Shown piece by piece: positions 1 to 9,321 of a DNA stretch of 64,000 nt. A model generated the notes under the pieces. That model was given only the letters and a program-made list of their open reading frames with translations. It made no database searches and was not told the DNA's origin. How positions within the stretch are numbered: the stretch's first letter is position 1; every line of letters begins with the position of its first letter. The stretch lies in contig CAXNJO010000005.1 in the NCBI GenBank assembly GCA_964202905.1, positions 32,001 through 96,000 on the forward strand, in the 5' to 3' direction. The DNA is from Polyangiales bacterium (lineage in GTDB: Bacteria > Myxococcota_A > Polyangia > Polyangiales > JADJQN01). Position numbers and translations under genes: made by a program.

Positions 1-143
1 TCCCGTCGCCCCGCGCTGGAGCCTCCGCGCCGAGGCTATCCCGAGGCGGGCGCGACGAACAGCGCCTTTCGTGCCAGCGCGCGCGACGGGCGCGTGACGG
101 CCCGGTGGCGCCGCCGCGGGGCGCCGTGATAGGCCTCCCGCCG

Positions 144-953
144 ATGTTCGAGGGCGCACGCGTCGCGGTCGTGGTGCCGGCGTACAACGAGGCGCGTCTC
201 ATCGCCCGCACGCTCGGGCGCGTCCCGGGGTTCGTCGACGTCGTCGTCGTGGTCGACGACGGCAGCCGCGACGACACCGCCGCGCAGGCCTTCGGCGTCG
301 GCGATCCGCGCGTCGTCGTGGTCGCGCACCCGGCGAACCGCGGCGTCGGCGCGGCCATCGCGAGCGGCTATCGCGCCGCCTTCCGCGCGGGCGCCGAGGT
401 CGCCGTCGTGATGGCGGGCGACGCGCAGATGGACCCGGCCGACCTCCCCGCGCTGCTCGCGCCGGTGCTGCGCGGCGAGGCCGACTACGCGAAGGGCGAT
501 CGCCTCTCGCACCCGCGCGCGCACGCCGCGATGCCGCTCGCGCGCTTCGTCGGCAACCACGCGCTGAGCGCGCTCACGCGGCTCGCGACGGGGTTGCCCG
601 TCCGCGATGCGCAGTGCGGCTACACGGCGCTCTCGCGCGACGCCGCCGATCGCCTCGCGCTCGGCGCGCTCTGGCCGCGCTACGGCTATCCCAACGACCT
701 GCTCGGGCGCGCCGCCGCCGCGGGCCTGCGCGTGCGCGACGTGACGGTGCGGCCCGTCTACGCCGACGAGACGAGCGGCATCGGCCTGCGGCACGCGCTC
801 TTCGTCGTGCCGTTCGTGCTCGCGCGCGTCGTCGCGCGGCGCCTGCGCCCGCTCCTCCGATCGGGCCGCGGCGCGGCGACCTTCTCGACCGAGCGCCGCG
901 TCGGCGAGGGCGCGCCGCTCGCGCCGCTCCCGCCGCGCGAGCACCGCGGCTAG
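144..953 (+). CDS. Glycosyltransferase family 2 (DPM/DPG synthase-like)
   Basis: VVVPAYNE, VVVVDDGSRD, NRGVGAA and RDAQCGY motifs; ATG at 144 within ORF 105..953. Confidence 0.9.
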   Translation: MFEGARVAVVVPAYNEARLIARTLGRVPGFVDVVVVVDDGSRDDTAAQAFGVGDPRVVVVAHPANRGVGAAIASGYRAAFRAGAEVAVVMAGDAQMDPADLPALLAPVLRGEADYAKGDRLSHPRAHAAMPLARFVGNHALSALTRLATGLPVRDAQCGYTALSRDAADRLALGALWPRYGYPNDLLGRAAAAGLRVRDVTVRPVYADETSGIGLRHALFVVPFVLARVVARRLRPLLRSGRGAATFSTERRVGEGAPLAPLPPREHRG

Positions 954-964
954 GGCGCGGCGGC

Positions 965-2170
965 GTGCGCATCGGCCTGCTGACGACGAGCTTTCCGCGC
1001 ACGCGCGACGACATCGCAGGCGCGTTCGTGCTCGGCTCCGCGCGCGCGCTCGTCGCGTGCGGCCACACGGTCGAGGTGCTCGCGCCGGAGCCCGCTGAGC
1101 CCGGCCCGGGCGCGGACGCAGCGCCCCCGGACTGGCCCGGCGTCACGGTGCGTTGGGTGCCCTACCTGCGGCCGCGCGCGCTCGAGCAGACCTTCTACGG
1201 CGCGGGCGTCCCGGACAACCTGCAGCGCGACCCGCGCGCGTGGCTCGGCCTCGCGCCCTTCACCTTCGCCCTGCTCCGCGCGGCCACCCTCGCCGCGCCG
1301 CGCTGGGACGCGCTCGTCAGCCACTGGGCGCTGCCGTGCGCGCTCGTCGCCGGCGCCGTGCGCGGAGGCCGCGGCCACCTCGCGGTGCTGCACTCGGCCG
1401 ACGTGCACCTCCTCGCGCGCCTGCCGCTCCGCGACCGGCTCGCGCAGCGCATCGCCGAGGGCGCGCACGCGCTGCTCTTCGCCTCCCCCGCCCTGCGCGA
1501 CACGTTCCTCGGGCTGCTCGCGCCGGTCCCGCGCGCCGCCGCGGCGACGCGCTGTCACGTCTCGCCGATGGGCATCGACCCGCCCGCGCGCCCCGCGACG
1601 CCGCGCCGCGCGCTGCGCCGCGCGCTCGACCTCGACCGCTTCACCGCGCTCTCGCTCGGCCGCCTCGTCCCCGTGAAGGGCGTCGACGACGCGATCCGCG
1701 CCACGTCCATGCTCGCCGACACGACGCTCCTCGTCGCGGGCGACGGCCCCGAGCGCGAGGCACTCGCGCGGCTCGCAGGGCGGCGCGGCGGCGACGTGCG
1801 CCTGCTCGGGCTGGTCACGGGAGACGCGCGGGACGCGCTCTACGCCGCGAGCGACGCGTTCGTGCTCGCCTCGCGCGTGCTCGGCTCCGGCCGCACGGAG
1901 GGTACGCCCACCGCGCTCATCGAGGCGATGGCCGCGGGGCTGCCCGTCGTCGCGACCGAGGTCGGCGGCGTCGGGGCGCTCGTCAACCACGCGCGCAACG
2001 GCCTGCTCGTCCCGGCCGGCGATCCGACCGCCCTCGCCGCCGCGCTCGCCCGCCTGCGCGACGACCCGCCGCTGCGCCGCCGCCTCGCGCGCGCGGGTCG
2101 GAAGACCGCCGCGCAGCTCACGTGGAGCGCGCTCGCCCCGCACCTCGACGCGCTCGTGCGGGACACCTGA
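965..2170 (+). CDS. Glycosyltransferase family 4 (GT-B)
   Basis: RIGLLTTSFP N-terminus, LGRLVPVKG, EGTPTALIEAMAAGLPVV (EX7E); GTG start at 965. Confidence 0.9.
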   Translation: MRIGLLTTSFPRTRDDIAGAFVLGSARALVACGHTVEVLAPEPAEPGPGADAAPPDWPGVTVRWVPYLRPRALEQTFYGAGVPDNLQRDPRAWLGLAPFTFALLRAATLAAPRWDALVSHWALPCALVAGAVRGGRGHLAVLHSADVHLLARLPLRDRLAQRIAEGAHALLFASPALRDTFLGLLAPVPRAAAATRCHVSPMGIDPPARPATPRRALRRALDLDRFTALSLGRLVPVKGVDDAIRATSMLADTTLLVAGDGPEREALARLAGRRGGDVRLLGLVTGDARDALYAASDAFVLASRVLGSGRTEGTPTALIEAMAAGLPVVATEVGGVGALVNHARNGLLVPAGDPTALAAALARLRDDPPLRRRLARAGRKTAAQLTWSALAPHLDALVRDT

Positions 2171-2187
2171 TCGCGCGCGGCGCCGCC

Positions 2188-2949
2188 TCAGCGCCCCGGG
2201 TTCACGCGGCGCGTCCCCGCGGGCGGACGCCAGTTGAAGTCAGCATCCGGCGCGTTCACGCCACTCACCGCGATCTGGCTGAAATCAAAGCGATTTCGGT
2301 TGCCGTCGTGGCCGATGATGAGCACGCGGACGACCATGCTCCCGTTCGTCACGTAGAGCAGCAGGCGCTCGTAGTTGGGGTTCACGCGGCGCGGGCGCAG
2401 CTCGAGCACCTGCCCGCCCGGGACGGCGAAGCCCTGCGTCCGCGGGTCGACGAGGCGGAAGGCATACTGCGCCTCGAGGCGTCCGCGTCCGGTCAGGAAG
2501 GAGAGCGCCTGCGGGAGCTCGCTGTCGGCGACCGCCGTCTCGACCACCTGCCCGCTCTCGCCCTCCGCGCCCGGCTCGTAGAGCTGGATGCGCGTGCCGT
2601 CCGAGGCGAGGATCTTCCGGTTCGGCGCGTCGTAGCGCCAGAGCATCTTGCCGGGCTTCTTGAAGGTGACGAGCCCGCTCGAGCGCTCGTAGCGCTGGTG
2701 CAGCTTCACGTAATAGGTCTGGAAGAAGCGCATCCGGACGACGGGCACCTGATCGTAGAAGCGCTGCACGCGGGCCGCGACCTGCGCGGCCGTGGGCGCC
2801 TGCTGCGCCTCGCCCCGCAACGCGACCGCCACGCACGTCACGGCCGCGAGCGCGGCGAAGGCGACGAGACGGGCCGCGAGCCCGCGCACCGCGGAGCGGG
2901 ACATGGGGCGGGGGCGGACGAGCGCGCGGACCGACGAGCGGGCGTTCAT
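2188..2949 (-). CDS. lolA: Outer membrane lipoprotein carrier protein LolA
   Basis: Signal peptide, then F.QTY, SSGLVTFKKPGKMLWRY, ILASDG..I.LYEP and F..PPAG motifs; the start may be the second Met. Confidence 0.8.
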   Translation of the reverse strand: MNARSSVRALVRPRPMSRSAVRGLAARLVAFAALAAVTCVAVALRGEAQQAPTAAQVAARVQRFYDQVPVVRMRFFQTYYVKLHQRYERSSGLVTFKKPGKMLWRYDAPNRKILASDGTRIQLYEPGAEGESGQVVETAVADSELPQALSFLTGRGRLEAQYAFRLVDPRTQGFAVPGGQVLELRPRRVNPNYERLLLYVTNGSMVVRVLIIGHDGNRNRFDFSQIAVSGVNAPDADFNWRPPAGTRRVNPGR

Positions 2950-3066
2950 GGTCTCTCCTTGTCGAAACGGACGGCCGCTCGGACACGAGCCGCGCGGGTT
3001 CTATTCTCGCGGACGCGCGGGGCGCGGCGCAGCGGACGCATGCGCACCCGACGGCCGCGCGCGGCC

Positions 3067-3519
3067 TCAGGGCGTGACGTCGGGGCGCGGCTCGCCGCCG
3101 CTCGTCGCCTCGCGCTCGTGGGACGCCTCGCCGCCGGCGCCTTCGGGCGCGAGGTCGGCGAGCGCGCGCGTCATCGCGATCGCCCACTCGGGACGAAGCC
3201 CCATGTTGCGCGGTCCGCTCACCTCGCGCGCGAGGGCGAGGTAGTGCAACGCGTCCGCCCGGTGGCCGAGGCGGTAGGCCGTCATCCCGCGCAGGTAGAA
3301 GAACCGCCCGCGCTGCTCGACGTCCATGTCGGTCGCGTGCGCCTCGAGGTCGCGCAGCCAGACGTCGGACTCGTCGTAGCGGGCCGCGTCGAACGCCGTC
3401 TCCGCGTGCCCGAGGTCATCGCGCAGCGAGGCACATCCCCCGAGCAGGGCCACGGCGAGCAGGACCGCGGCGGGCAAGGACGAGAGACCGAGCGGGGCGC
3501 GCAGCGCGAGGCGGGACAT
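3067..3519 (-). CDS. Hypothetical lipoprotein with a TPR-like helical repeat
   Basis: Lipobox LLGGC after a hydrophobic stretch; FFYLRGMTAYRLG..ADALHYL is TPR-like; the N-terminal extension in ORF 3067..4095 does not look coding. Confidence 0.7.
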   Translation of the reverse strand: MSRLALRAPLGLSSLPAAVLLAVALLGGCASLRDDLGHAETAFDAARYDESDVWLRDLEAHATDMDVEQRGRFFYLRGMTAYRLGHRADALHYLALAREVSGPRNMGLRPEWAIAMTRALADLAPEGAGGEASHEREATSGGEPRPDVTP

Positions 3520-3624
3520 GGGCGCGAGGATACATCGCGCAGGCCACGCGCGAGCAAGCGAAGAAGCGCGCGCGCGGCCGCAGCAGCGCCACCGCGGGGC
3601 CCGCGGAACCGCCGCCGACGCGAC

Positions 3625-4013
3625 GGAGAAGCGTCGTCCCGACCTCGCAGGTGCGGGGCCGGGACGACGGAGCAGGCCGAGCGGGCGCGAACGGCGCGGG
3701 CGAAGACCCGCGATGCGCGCGACCGGGAGCGGGCGGAGGCGAAGCGCGCGGTGCTCCGACGCGAGAGGCGAGCGATGCGCCGACGAGCGATGCAAACGAG
3801 CCCAGCGAAGCCAACGACGAGCAAGCCCAGCGAAGCGGTGCGCGAGGCCGGGCGGAGGGGCGCGACACGAAGCGAGCGCAGAGCGAACCATCCCGGTGGG
3901 CGACGTCGACGCGTCAGGCCAGCGGAGCAGAGGGAGCAGAAGCAGAGCGAAGGAAGAAAAAGGGAAGCGAGGCCAAGCAAGCAAGCGAAGTCGCGCGGCA
4001 TCGATCCGCGCAC
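3625..4013 (-). ncRNA. Candidate sigma54-dependent pyrimidine-rich RNA (sRNA or long 5' leader)
   Basis: Lies between a consensus sigma54 promoter and a terminator-like hairpin; no A on the minus strand over 3915-3990; nine UCGCU motifs; no convincing ORF. Confidence 0.45.
3632..3669 (-). terminator. Terminator-like GC hairpin
   Basis: Minus strand CGTCGTCCCGGCCCCGCA-CC-TGCGAGGTCGGGACGACG: 10-bp perfect outer stem, then G-U pair and one mismatch, followed by CTTCT (weak U tract). Confidence 0.45.
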
Positions 4014-4023
4014 CGCCGTACTT

Positions 4024-4039
4024 AGCAACCTCGGTGCCA
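4024..4039 (-). promoter_or_regulatory. Sigma54 (-24/-12) promoter
   Basis: Minus strand TGGCAC-CGAGG-TTGCT is an exact match to TGGCAC-N5-TTGCW, located in an intergenic region. Confidence 0.8.
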
Positions 4040-4198
4040 CGCCCCGCGCACGCCCCGCGCGCGGCCGCCAGAGATGACGAAATGCCCCATTTCACAGGGC
4101 GAAGGGCGCGTCCTGGTCCGCGCGCGCGGCGCGCCCGCGCGTCGATGGTGGCGCCTCCGGCCCTGACATCTCTGTCGCGCCCGCGCGGGCGGGCGACG

Positions 4199-5527
4199 TC
4201 AGATGAGGATCAGGTCGCTCTCGTCGAGGTCGACGTCCATCTCCGAGCGGCTCGACTCGAGCACGATGCGCGTGTCCATCATGCGCTCTTCGCTGAGCGA
4301 CTCGATGTAGGCGCGGATCTCGGGGACGACCTCGAGCAGACGCTGGAAGATCTCGCTCCCGAGAAAGAGCACCGTCGACGCGCGCGCCGCCGTGACGGTC
4401 GCGGTGGTCGGGCTGTCGTTCAGCAGGCTGATCTCGCCGAAGACCTCGCCGGGATGCAGGGTCGCGAGGAGCACGCGGTCGCCGCCATCGAGCTTCGAGA
4501 CGTCGAGCTCCCCGGAGAGCAGCGCGAACAGGCCGCGCCCCGGCTGGCCCTCGCGGATGAGCTCCACGCCCTGCTCGACGTCGTGCGCGGTGAAGCGGCG
4601 GACGAGGTCGAGGCGCTGCTTGCGGTCGAGCGGCCGGAAGAGCGCCGAGGTCGCGAGGAGGTTGTTGAGGAGCCGCTCCCGCGTGAACTTGTCGAGCGCC
4701 CGCGCGATCGTCCCCGCTTCGCGCGCGACCCCCGCGAGCGCCTCGCGGTCGAACTCGAGCAGGTCGCAGTCGGTCTCGGCGGTGACCGTGGCCGAGCGCG
4801 GCGACGCGCTGACGAGCGCCATCTCGCCGAAGATCGCGCCGTCGTGCAGCGTCGCGAGCGGCACGGTCCCGCCGGCGATGTCCTTCTTCGTGACGCGCAC
4901 GGTGCCGCGCGCCAGCACGTAGAACGACTGCCCCGGCTCGCCCTCCGCGAGCACCGTGTCGCCCGGCCGCGTCCGCACGAGCTTGAGGGCCGCGAGCACG
5001 GCGGCGAAGGCGTCGGCCGGCAGCTCGCTGAAGAGCGGGATCGCCGGGAGGAACTCGGGGTAGGCGCCGATCGGCTCGAGGTTCGCGGCGATCTTCTCCG
5101 CGTACGCGACGAGCGCCGGCAGCGGCGGCACGTCGGTGAGCGAGAGCGTCGGCGGCAGCGGCGCGTCGGGGTCGCCGGGCGAGAGCCGCACCGCACGACC
5201 GAGGCGCGGCGAGCCGAGCGCGTAGAGCTGCGCGACGGGGCCGAGCAGCGCACCGAGTTGCGGCTCGAGCGCGACGAGCACCCGCAGCGCGACGAGCGCG
5301 CGGAGCGGGTAGCCGCCGTTCGCCGCGTGCCGCGCGAGGGCGGTGTAGACGACGGCGGCGCGCTGCGCCTCGCCGAGCGCGAGCAGCGTGTCGGCCACGC
5401 GGAGGCGGGCGTCGAGGTCCTGCGGCTGCAAGGCGACGAGCGCCGCGTAGCCGTGCAGCGCCCCCGGGTAGTCGGCCGCAAAGAGTCGCTGGTCGGCGAG
5501 CGCGCGCAGCTCGCGGCAGGTGTGCAT
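4199..5527 (-). CDS. Protein with an N-terminal TPR-like region and two cyclic nucleotide-binding domains
   Basis: Two repeats of EG.PG..(F/L)...G.(V/L).V...FGE..L....P..ATVTA; ATG at 5527 chosen within ORF 4199..5617. Confidence 0.85.
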   Translation of the reverse strand: MHTCRELRALADQRLFAADYPGALHGYAALVALQPQDLDARLRVADTLLALGEAQRAAVVYTALARHAANGGYPLRALVALRVLVALEPQLGALLGPVAQLYALGSPRLGRAVRLSPGDPDAPLPPTLSLTDVPPLPALVAYAEKIAANLEPIGAYPEFLPAIPLFSELPADAFAAVLAALKLVRTRPGDTVLAEGEPGQSFYVLARGTVRVTKKDIAGGTVPLATLHDGAIFGEMALVSASPRSATVTAETDCDLLEFDREALAGVAREAGTIARALDKFTRERLLNNLLATSALFRPLDRKQRLDLVRRFTAHDVEQGVELIREGQPGRGLFALLSGELDVSKLDGGDRVLLATLHPGEVFGEISLLNDSPTTATVTAARASTVLFLGSEIFQRLLEVVPEIRAYIESLSEERMMDTRIVLESSRSEMDVDLDESDLILI

Positions 5528-5683
5528 CGTGCGCCGGGATGTTAGACGGGCGCCGCCGCGCGAGGCAAGCACCCACGATCCCACACACCGCGCTACCAAT
5601 CGACGTCGGGGCAGCACGCGACGGCGGCGCCGGGGCTATGCTCGCGGCCCCTACGCTGCGAGGCCACGGGGAAGCACCGACCG

Positions 5684-7261
5684 ATGCAGCGCTGCGAACG
5701 ATGTGCGCGGGTGGTCCCCGAGGACGAGCCGTGCTGCCCCGAGTGCGGTCCCCCGTCGACGCGTCCGGGCGCCCTCCGCGCCGCGCACCCCGTGCGTGCG
5801 AGCGACCCGCCGCGCGCAGTGCTCGGCCGCCCCATGCACGGCCGCCCCGCGCATGGCCAGACAGCCCTCGCGGCGGACGCGCCCGGACAAGCGCGCGCGC
5901 TCCGCGCCGTCGCGGACTACGCCGAGATCGCGGGGCCGCACGGCGCGGGCGACGACGCGCGGGGACACGACGCGCCTGTCGCCCCCGCCCAGGCGCTCGC
6001 GGTCGCCACGGCGCTCGAGCCGAAGTCGGCCCCCTTCGCGCAGGAGCGCACGGGTGCGCAGCGGCGTGAGAGCGTCGAATGGGCGCGCGGCGGCGGCGAG
6101 GGCGCGAAGATCGTCCCGCTGCGCAGCACGCCTCCGCCCCCCCGCGACGCGCGGCGCGAGGGAGCCGCTCACGACGACGCCGCAGAACGCGCGAACCACG
6201 ACGCCGCAGAACGCACGAGCCACGACGCCGCAGAGCGTCCCCAACGCGACGCTGCAGAACGCGCGAGCCACGACGCTGGGGACACGGTGGGCGGGGCGGG
6301 CGCGCTGCGCGTGCTTCCGGCCGAGGCCTCGCGCACGGGCACGGGCGAGCCGCCGCACGCGCAGGACGCGCAGCCCCCCGCGTCGGTGGCGACGCGGAGC
6401 GAACCGCCCCCTGTCCGGCCCCGCGCGACGCCGGTCCCCGTCGAGCCCCGGCGACCGCCCGTGCTCGCCTCCGAATCGTTGCGCGCCGACCTCGCGCCCA
6501 ACGCGCCTGGCCGCCACACGATCCGCGTCACGGCGATCACCCTCGGCGCCGCCGGCGCCGCGACGGCCGCGCTCGTCGGGGGCCTCGACGCCGGAGCGCT
6601 CACCGTCGCCGCCGCCCTCGCGCTCATCGCGGCGATCGGCGTCGCGCCGCTCGACTACCGGCGCCGCGCGTTCGCGCTGCTCGCGGTCGCCGCGCCCGCG
6701 CAGGTCTCGGCCACCGTGCTCGCCGCGCCACACGGTGGGGTGCCGCACGGTGGGCTGCTCGCGCTCACCGCAAGCGGGCTCGCGGGCGCCCTCTATTTCC
6801 GCGCCGAGTACCGCGCGTCACGGCTCGCGCGCGCGCTCGTCGCGGTCGGCGTCGTGCAGGGCTTCGTGTGGCTGGCGCTCTCCGGCGGATTGCAGCGACT
6901 CGGCGTGATCGGGGCCGACTGGCAGTCCTGGCTCCCGGCGCTCCTCGGGGGTGCGCTGGCGCCTGTGCTGCTGCTCGCGCTGCTCGGCTTCATGAAGCAG
7001 GACAGCACTGGCGGCTGCGGCATCTGGGCGACGAGCCTGCTCGTGTGGCTCGCCTGCTACGAGAGCGCCGCGCACGCCGCGCAGGTCTTCCCGGCCGATG
7101 GCGGCGGTCCGACACAGGGCTGGCAGGTCGGCGCCGCGATGGGCGCGATCGCCGCGCCGCTGCTCGCCCCCATCGCCGCGCTCGCGGTCGCGCACCTGCT
7201 CGTCGTCGCGTCGGGAGGCGGCCGCGAGGAGCCCGCGCCGGGCGCCACGCCGTCCCCCTGA
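5684..7261 (+). CDS. Hypothetical membrane protein with an N-terminal zinc ribbon, disordered linker and multi-TM C-terminus
   Basis: CERC...CPECG at the N-terminus, Pro/Ala-rich linker, many hydrophobic helices. Confidence 0.65.
   Translation: MQRCERCARVVPEDEPCCPECGPPSTRPGALRAAHPVRASDPPRAVLGRPMHGRPAHGQTALAADAPGQARALRAVADYAEIAGPHGAGDDARGHDAPVAPAQALAVATALEPKSAPFAQERTGAQRRESVEWARGGGEGAKIVPLRSTPPPPRDARREGAAHDDAAERANHDAAERTSHDAAERPQRDAAERASHDAGDTVGGAGALRVLPAEASRTGTGEPPHAQDAQPPASVATRSEPPPVRPRATPVPVEPRRPPVLASESLRADLAPNAPGRHTIRVTAITLGAAGAATAALVGGLDAGALTVAAALALIAAIGVAPLDYRRRAFALLAVAAPAQVSATVLAAPHGGVPHGGLLALTASGLAGALYFRAEYRASRLARALVAVGVVQGFVWLALSGGLQRLGVIGADWQSWLPALLGGALAPVLLLALLGFMKQDSTGGCGIWATSLLVWLACYESAAHAAQVFPADGGGPTQGWQVGAAMGAIAAPLLAPIAALAVAHLLVVASGGGREEPAPGATPSP
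6173..6277 (+). repeat. 24-bp coding tandem repeat, about 4.4 copies (HDAAERxx)
   Basis: Units resembling CACGACGCCGCAGAACGCGCGAGC start at 6173, 6197, 6221, 6245 and 6269 (partial). Confidence 0.85.
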
Positions 7262-7279
7262 CGGCGGCGCGGTCGCGCT

Positions 7280-8419
7280 TCAGCGCGCGCGGCCCGGAGG
7301 ACGCCGCGACACGCGTGGTGGCGGCACGAGCCGCGGCCAGCCCGCGAGCGCGACGGCCACGCAGACGCGCCCGCGCGCGTCGAGCGCCGTGGCCGCGCCC
7401 GCGTCGGTGAAGCGCGGCTCGAGGAGCGCCTCGCGGTGCGAGGGGCTCGCGAAGAGCGCGGCCCACGCCGCGTCGAGATCGACGGCCCGCCCAATCGCCT
7501 CACCGACGAGGCGCGCACGCACCCCGAGCGCGGCGAGGCGCGCCTCCGGCGAAGCGCCCGGCTCGAGCTGATGCGCGACGCGCCCGCTCGCACAGACGGC
7601 CCGCGCGTGCGCGAGCGCGGCCCGCGCGAGGAGCCGGTGCGGGCGCAGGGCGGGCAGCCCTGCCTTCCGACGCGCCTCGGCGAGACGGGCCGCGACGTCC
7701 GCGGTCGAGGAGGCCCGCGTCGCGGACGACACAGTCGAGACGAGCGACGCGGACGACGCGGACGACGCAGGCGAATCGCGCGCAGGCGCGGACGCGACCC
7801 GCACGCCCGCGGCCGCGAGCCGTTCGCGCGCGGCCACGTCGAGCGGCGCGTCGGTCACGAGGCGCTCGGCCACCGGCCGCGGCCCTTGCGGCCCCGTCGC
7901 GACGAGCTGCACCCGCAGCGGCCGCGCGGCGTCCGCGGGCAGCTCGGCCGAGGTCTCGTCCGCGCCGAGCGGCACGCCGTGGAGCACGCCCGCCGCGTCG
8001 AGCACCACGAGGCGCGGCGCATGAAAGTCCGGCGCGAGCGCGACGGACAACAGCGCGCCCTCCGCGAGCGCCAGCGCGCCGCCCCGCGGGCTCGCGAGCA
8101 GCAGCACCCGTCCCGCGTCGCGCGCGTGTCCGCAGGCGAGCGGCGCATCGGACCGCGCGGCGAGCGCGGCGAGCCACGCCTGCCCGCGCGCCTCGTCGTC
8201 GAGTCCGAGCACGACCGCATGCAGGACGGGCAGATCCGACCCCGCCTCGCGCGCAGCCCGCGCCAGCGAGGCGGCGTCGAGCGGCGCCCCCGCGAGCAGC
8301 AGCGCGGCCGCGGCCTCGCCGAGCGGCTCCTCGACGGCGCACCGCGGCTCCCACGCCGACGCGCGCCCCGGCGCAGCGAGCAGGAGCGCGATCAGCGTAC
8401 CGACGAGCGCGACGCGCAC
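7280..8419 (-). CDS. Secreted CAP/SCP domain protein
   Basis: Signal peptide; C-terminal R...GLPAL...LARAALAHA, GEAI, SPSHREALLEPRFTDAG; GTG start inferred. Confidence 0.75.
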   Translation of the reverse strand: MRVALVGTLIALLLAAPGRASAWEPRCAVEEPLGEAAAALLLAGAPLDAASLARAAREAGSDLPVLHAVVLGLDDEARGQAWLAALAARSDAPLACGHARDAGRVLLLASPRGGALALAEGALLSVALAPDFHAPRLVVLDAAGVLHGVPLGADETSAELPADAARPLRVQLVATGPQGPRPVAERLVTDAPLDVAARERLAAAGVRVASAPARDSPASSASSASLVSTVSSATRASSTADVAARLAEARRKAGLPALRPHRLLARAALAHARAVCASGRVAHQLEPGASPEARLAALGVRARLVGEAIGRAVDLDAAWAALFASPSHREALLEPRFTDAGAATALDARGRVCVAVALAGWPRLVPPPRVSRRPPGRAR

Positions 8420-8528
8420 ACCGGCAGGGTAGCCAGCCCCCGCGCACGGCGGCCAGTTCGAGACGGGTTCGCGTGGGGTTGCACGCCGTGCGCCCGCAGC
8501 CCTCGGCACGGTCGAGGGGCGTTCTCCC

Positions 8529-9137
8529 TCAGCCCGTGCGCGTCCCGGCCGCGTGCGGCCCGCTGCGCTCGCGGCGATCCCCGATCACGCGCGCCGGGAC
8601 ACCGGCGACGATCGTCCACGCGGGTACGTCCTCGCGCACGACGGCGCCCGCAGCGATCACGGCATGGTCACCGATCGTCACGCCCGGCAGGATCACCGCG
8701 CGCGCGCCGATCCACACGTCGTCTCCGATGCCGACGGGCGCGTAGCGGACGGGCTGCTCGACGATCGGCGCGAGCGGCGCCGCGTCGAACTGGTTCGTCT
8801 GCGTGTAGACGATCACGCCCGCCGCGATCGCGCAGCGCGCGCCGATCGCGAGACCGCCCTGCCCGTACAAGACGCAGAACTGATCCACGTGCGAGCCGGC
8901 CCCGATCCGGATCGATCCGGCCGCGCCGTTCGCGTTCAGGTAGGCGTTCCCGTGGAGCGCGACCCCTTCGCCGAACACGAAGCGATCACGCGGCCCCACC
9001 AGCTCGACCCGCCGGCCGATGCGCGCGGCGGGCCCGCGGTGCTCGTGGACGCGGAGCCAGCCGCGGAGCACGGCCTCGGTCCCCGAGGGTTCGCGCCCGG
9101 TCGCCGCCGCGAGGATCCTGCCAGCCGTCCTCAGCAC
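8529..9137 (-). CDS. Hexapeptide-repeat (LbH) O-acyltransferase
   Basis: [49 protein letters not shown]. Confidence 0.9.
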   Translation of the reverse strand: MLRTAGRILAAATGREPSGTEAVLRGWLRVHEHRGPAARIGRRVELVGPRDRFVFGEGVALHGNAYLNANGAAGSIRIGAGSHVDQFCVLYGQGGLAIGARCAIAAGVIVYTQTNQFDAAPLAPIVEQPVRYAPVGIGDDVWIGARAVILPGVTIGDHAVIAAGAVVREDVPAWTIVAGVPARVIGDRRERSGPHAAGTRTG

Positions 9138-9321
9138 GCCGCGAGTCTACTCCGACTCCGCGCGGCTGCATTGGCGCGCATGCGTCGGCGCCGGTGCACG
9201 CGCGGGTCAGGCCCGACATCGCGGGGGAAGCCCCGCCCGCGCCGCAGCCCACGTCACGCCCACGGCGCCGGAACAACGCCACGGATGCGCGCCCGCGGAC
9301 CGCGCGGGGATGCGGGTCCCG

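Noticed and set aside
3282..4095. ORFs spanning the 3.5-4.1 kb gap (3282..4040 -, 3651..4025 +, extension of 3067..4095 -)
   Set aside because: Atypical third-position usage, low-complexity products and overlap with the sigma54 promoter or the neighbouring gene; not fully excluded given indel errors.
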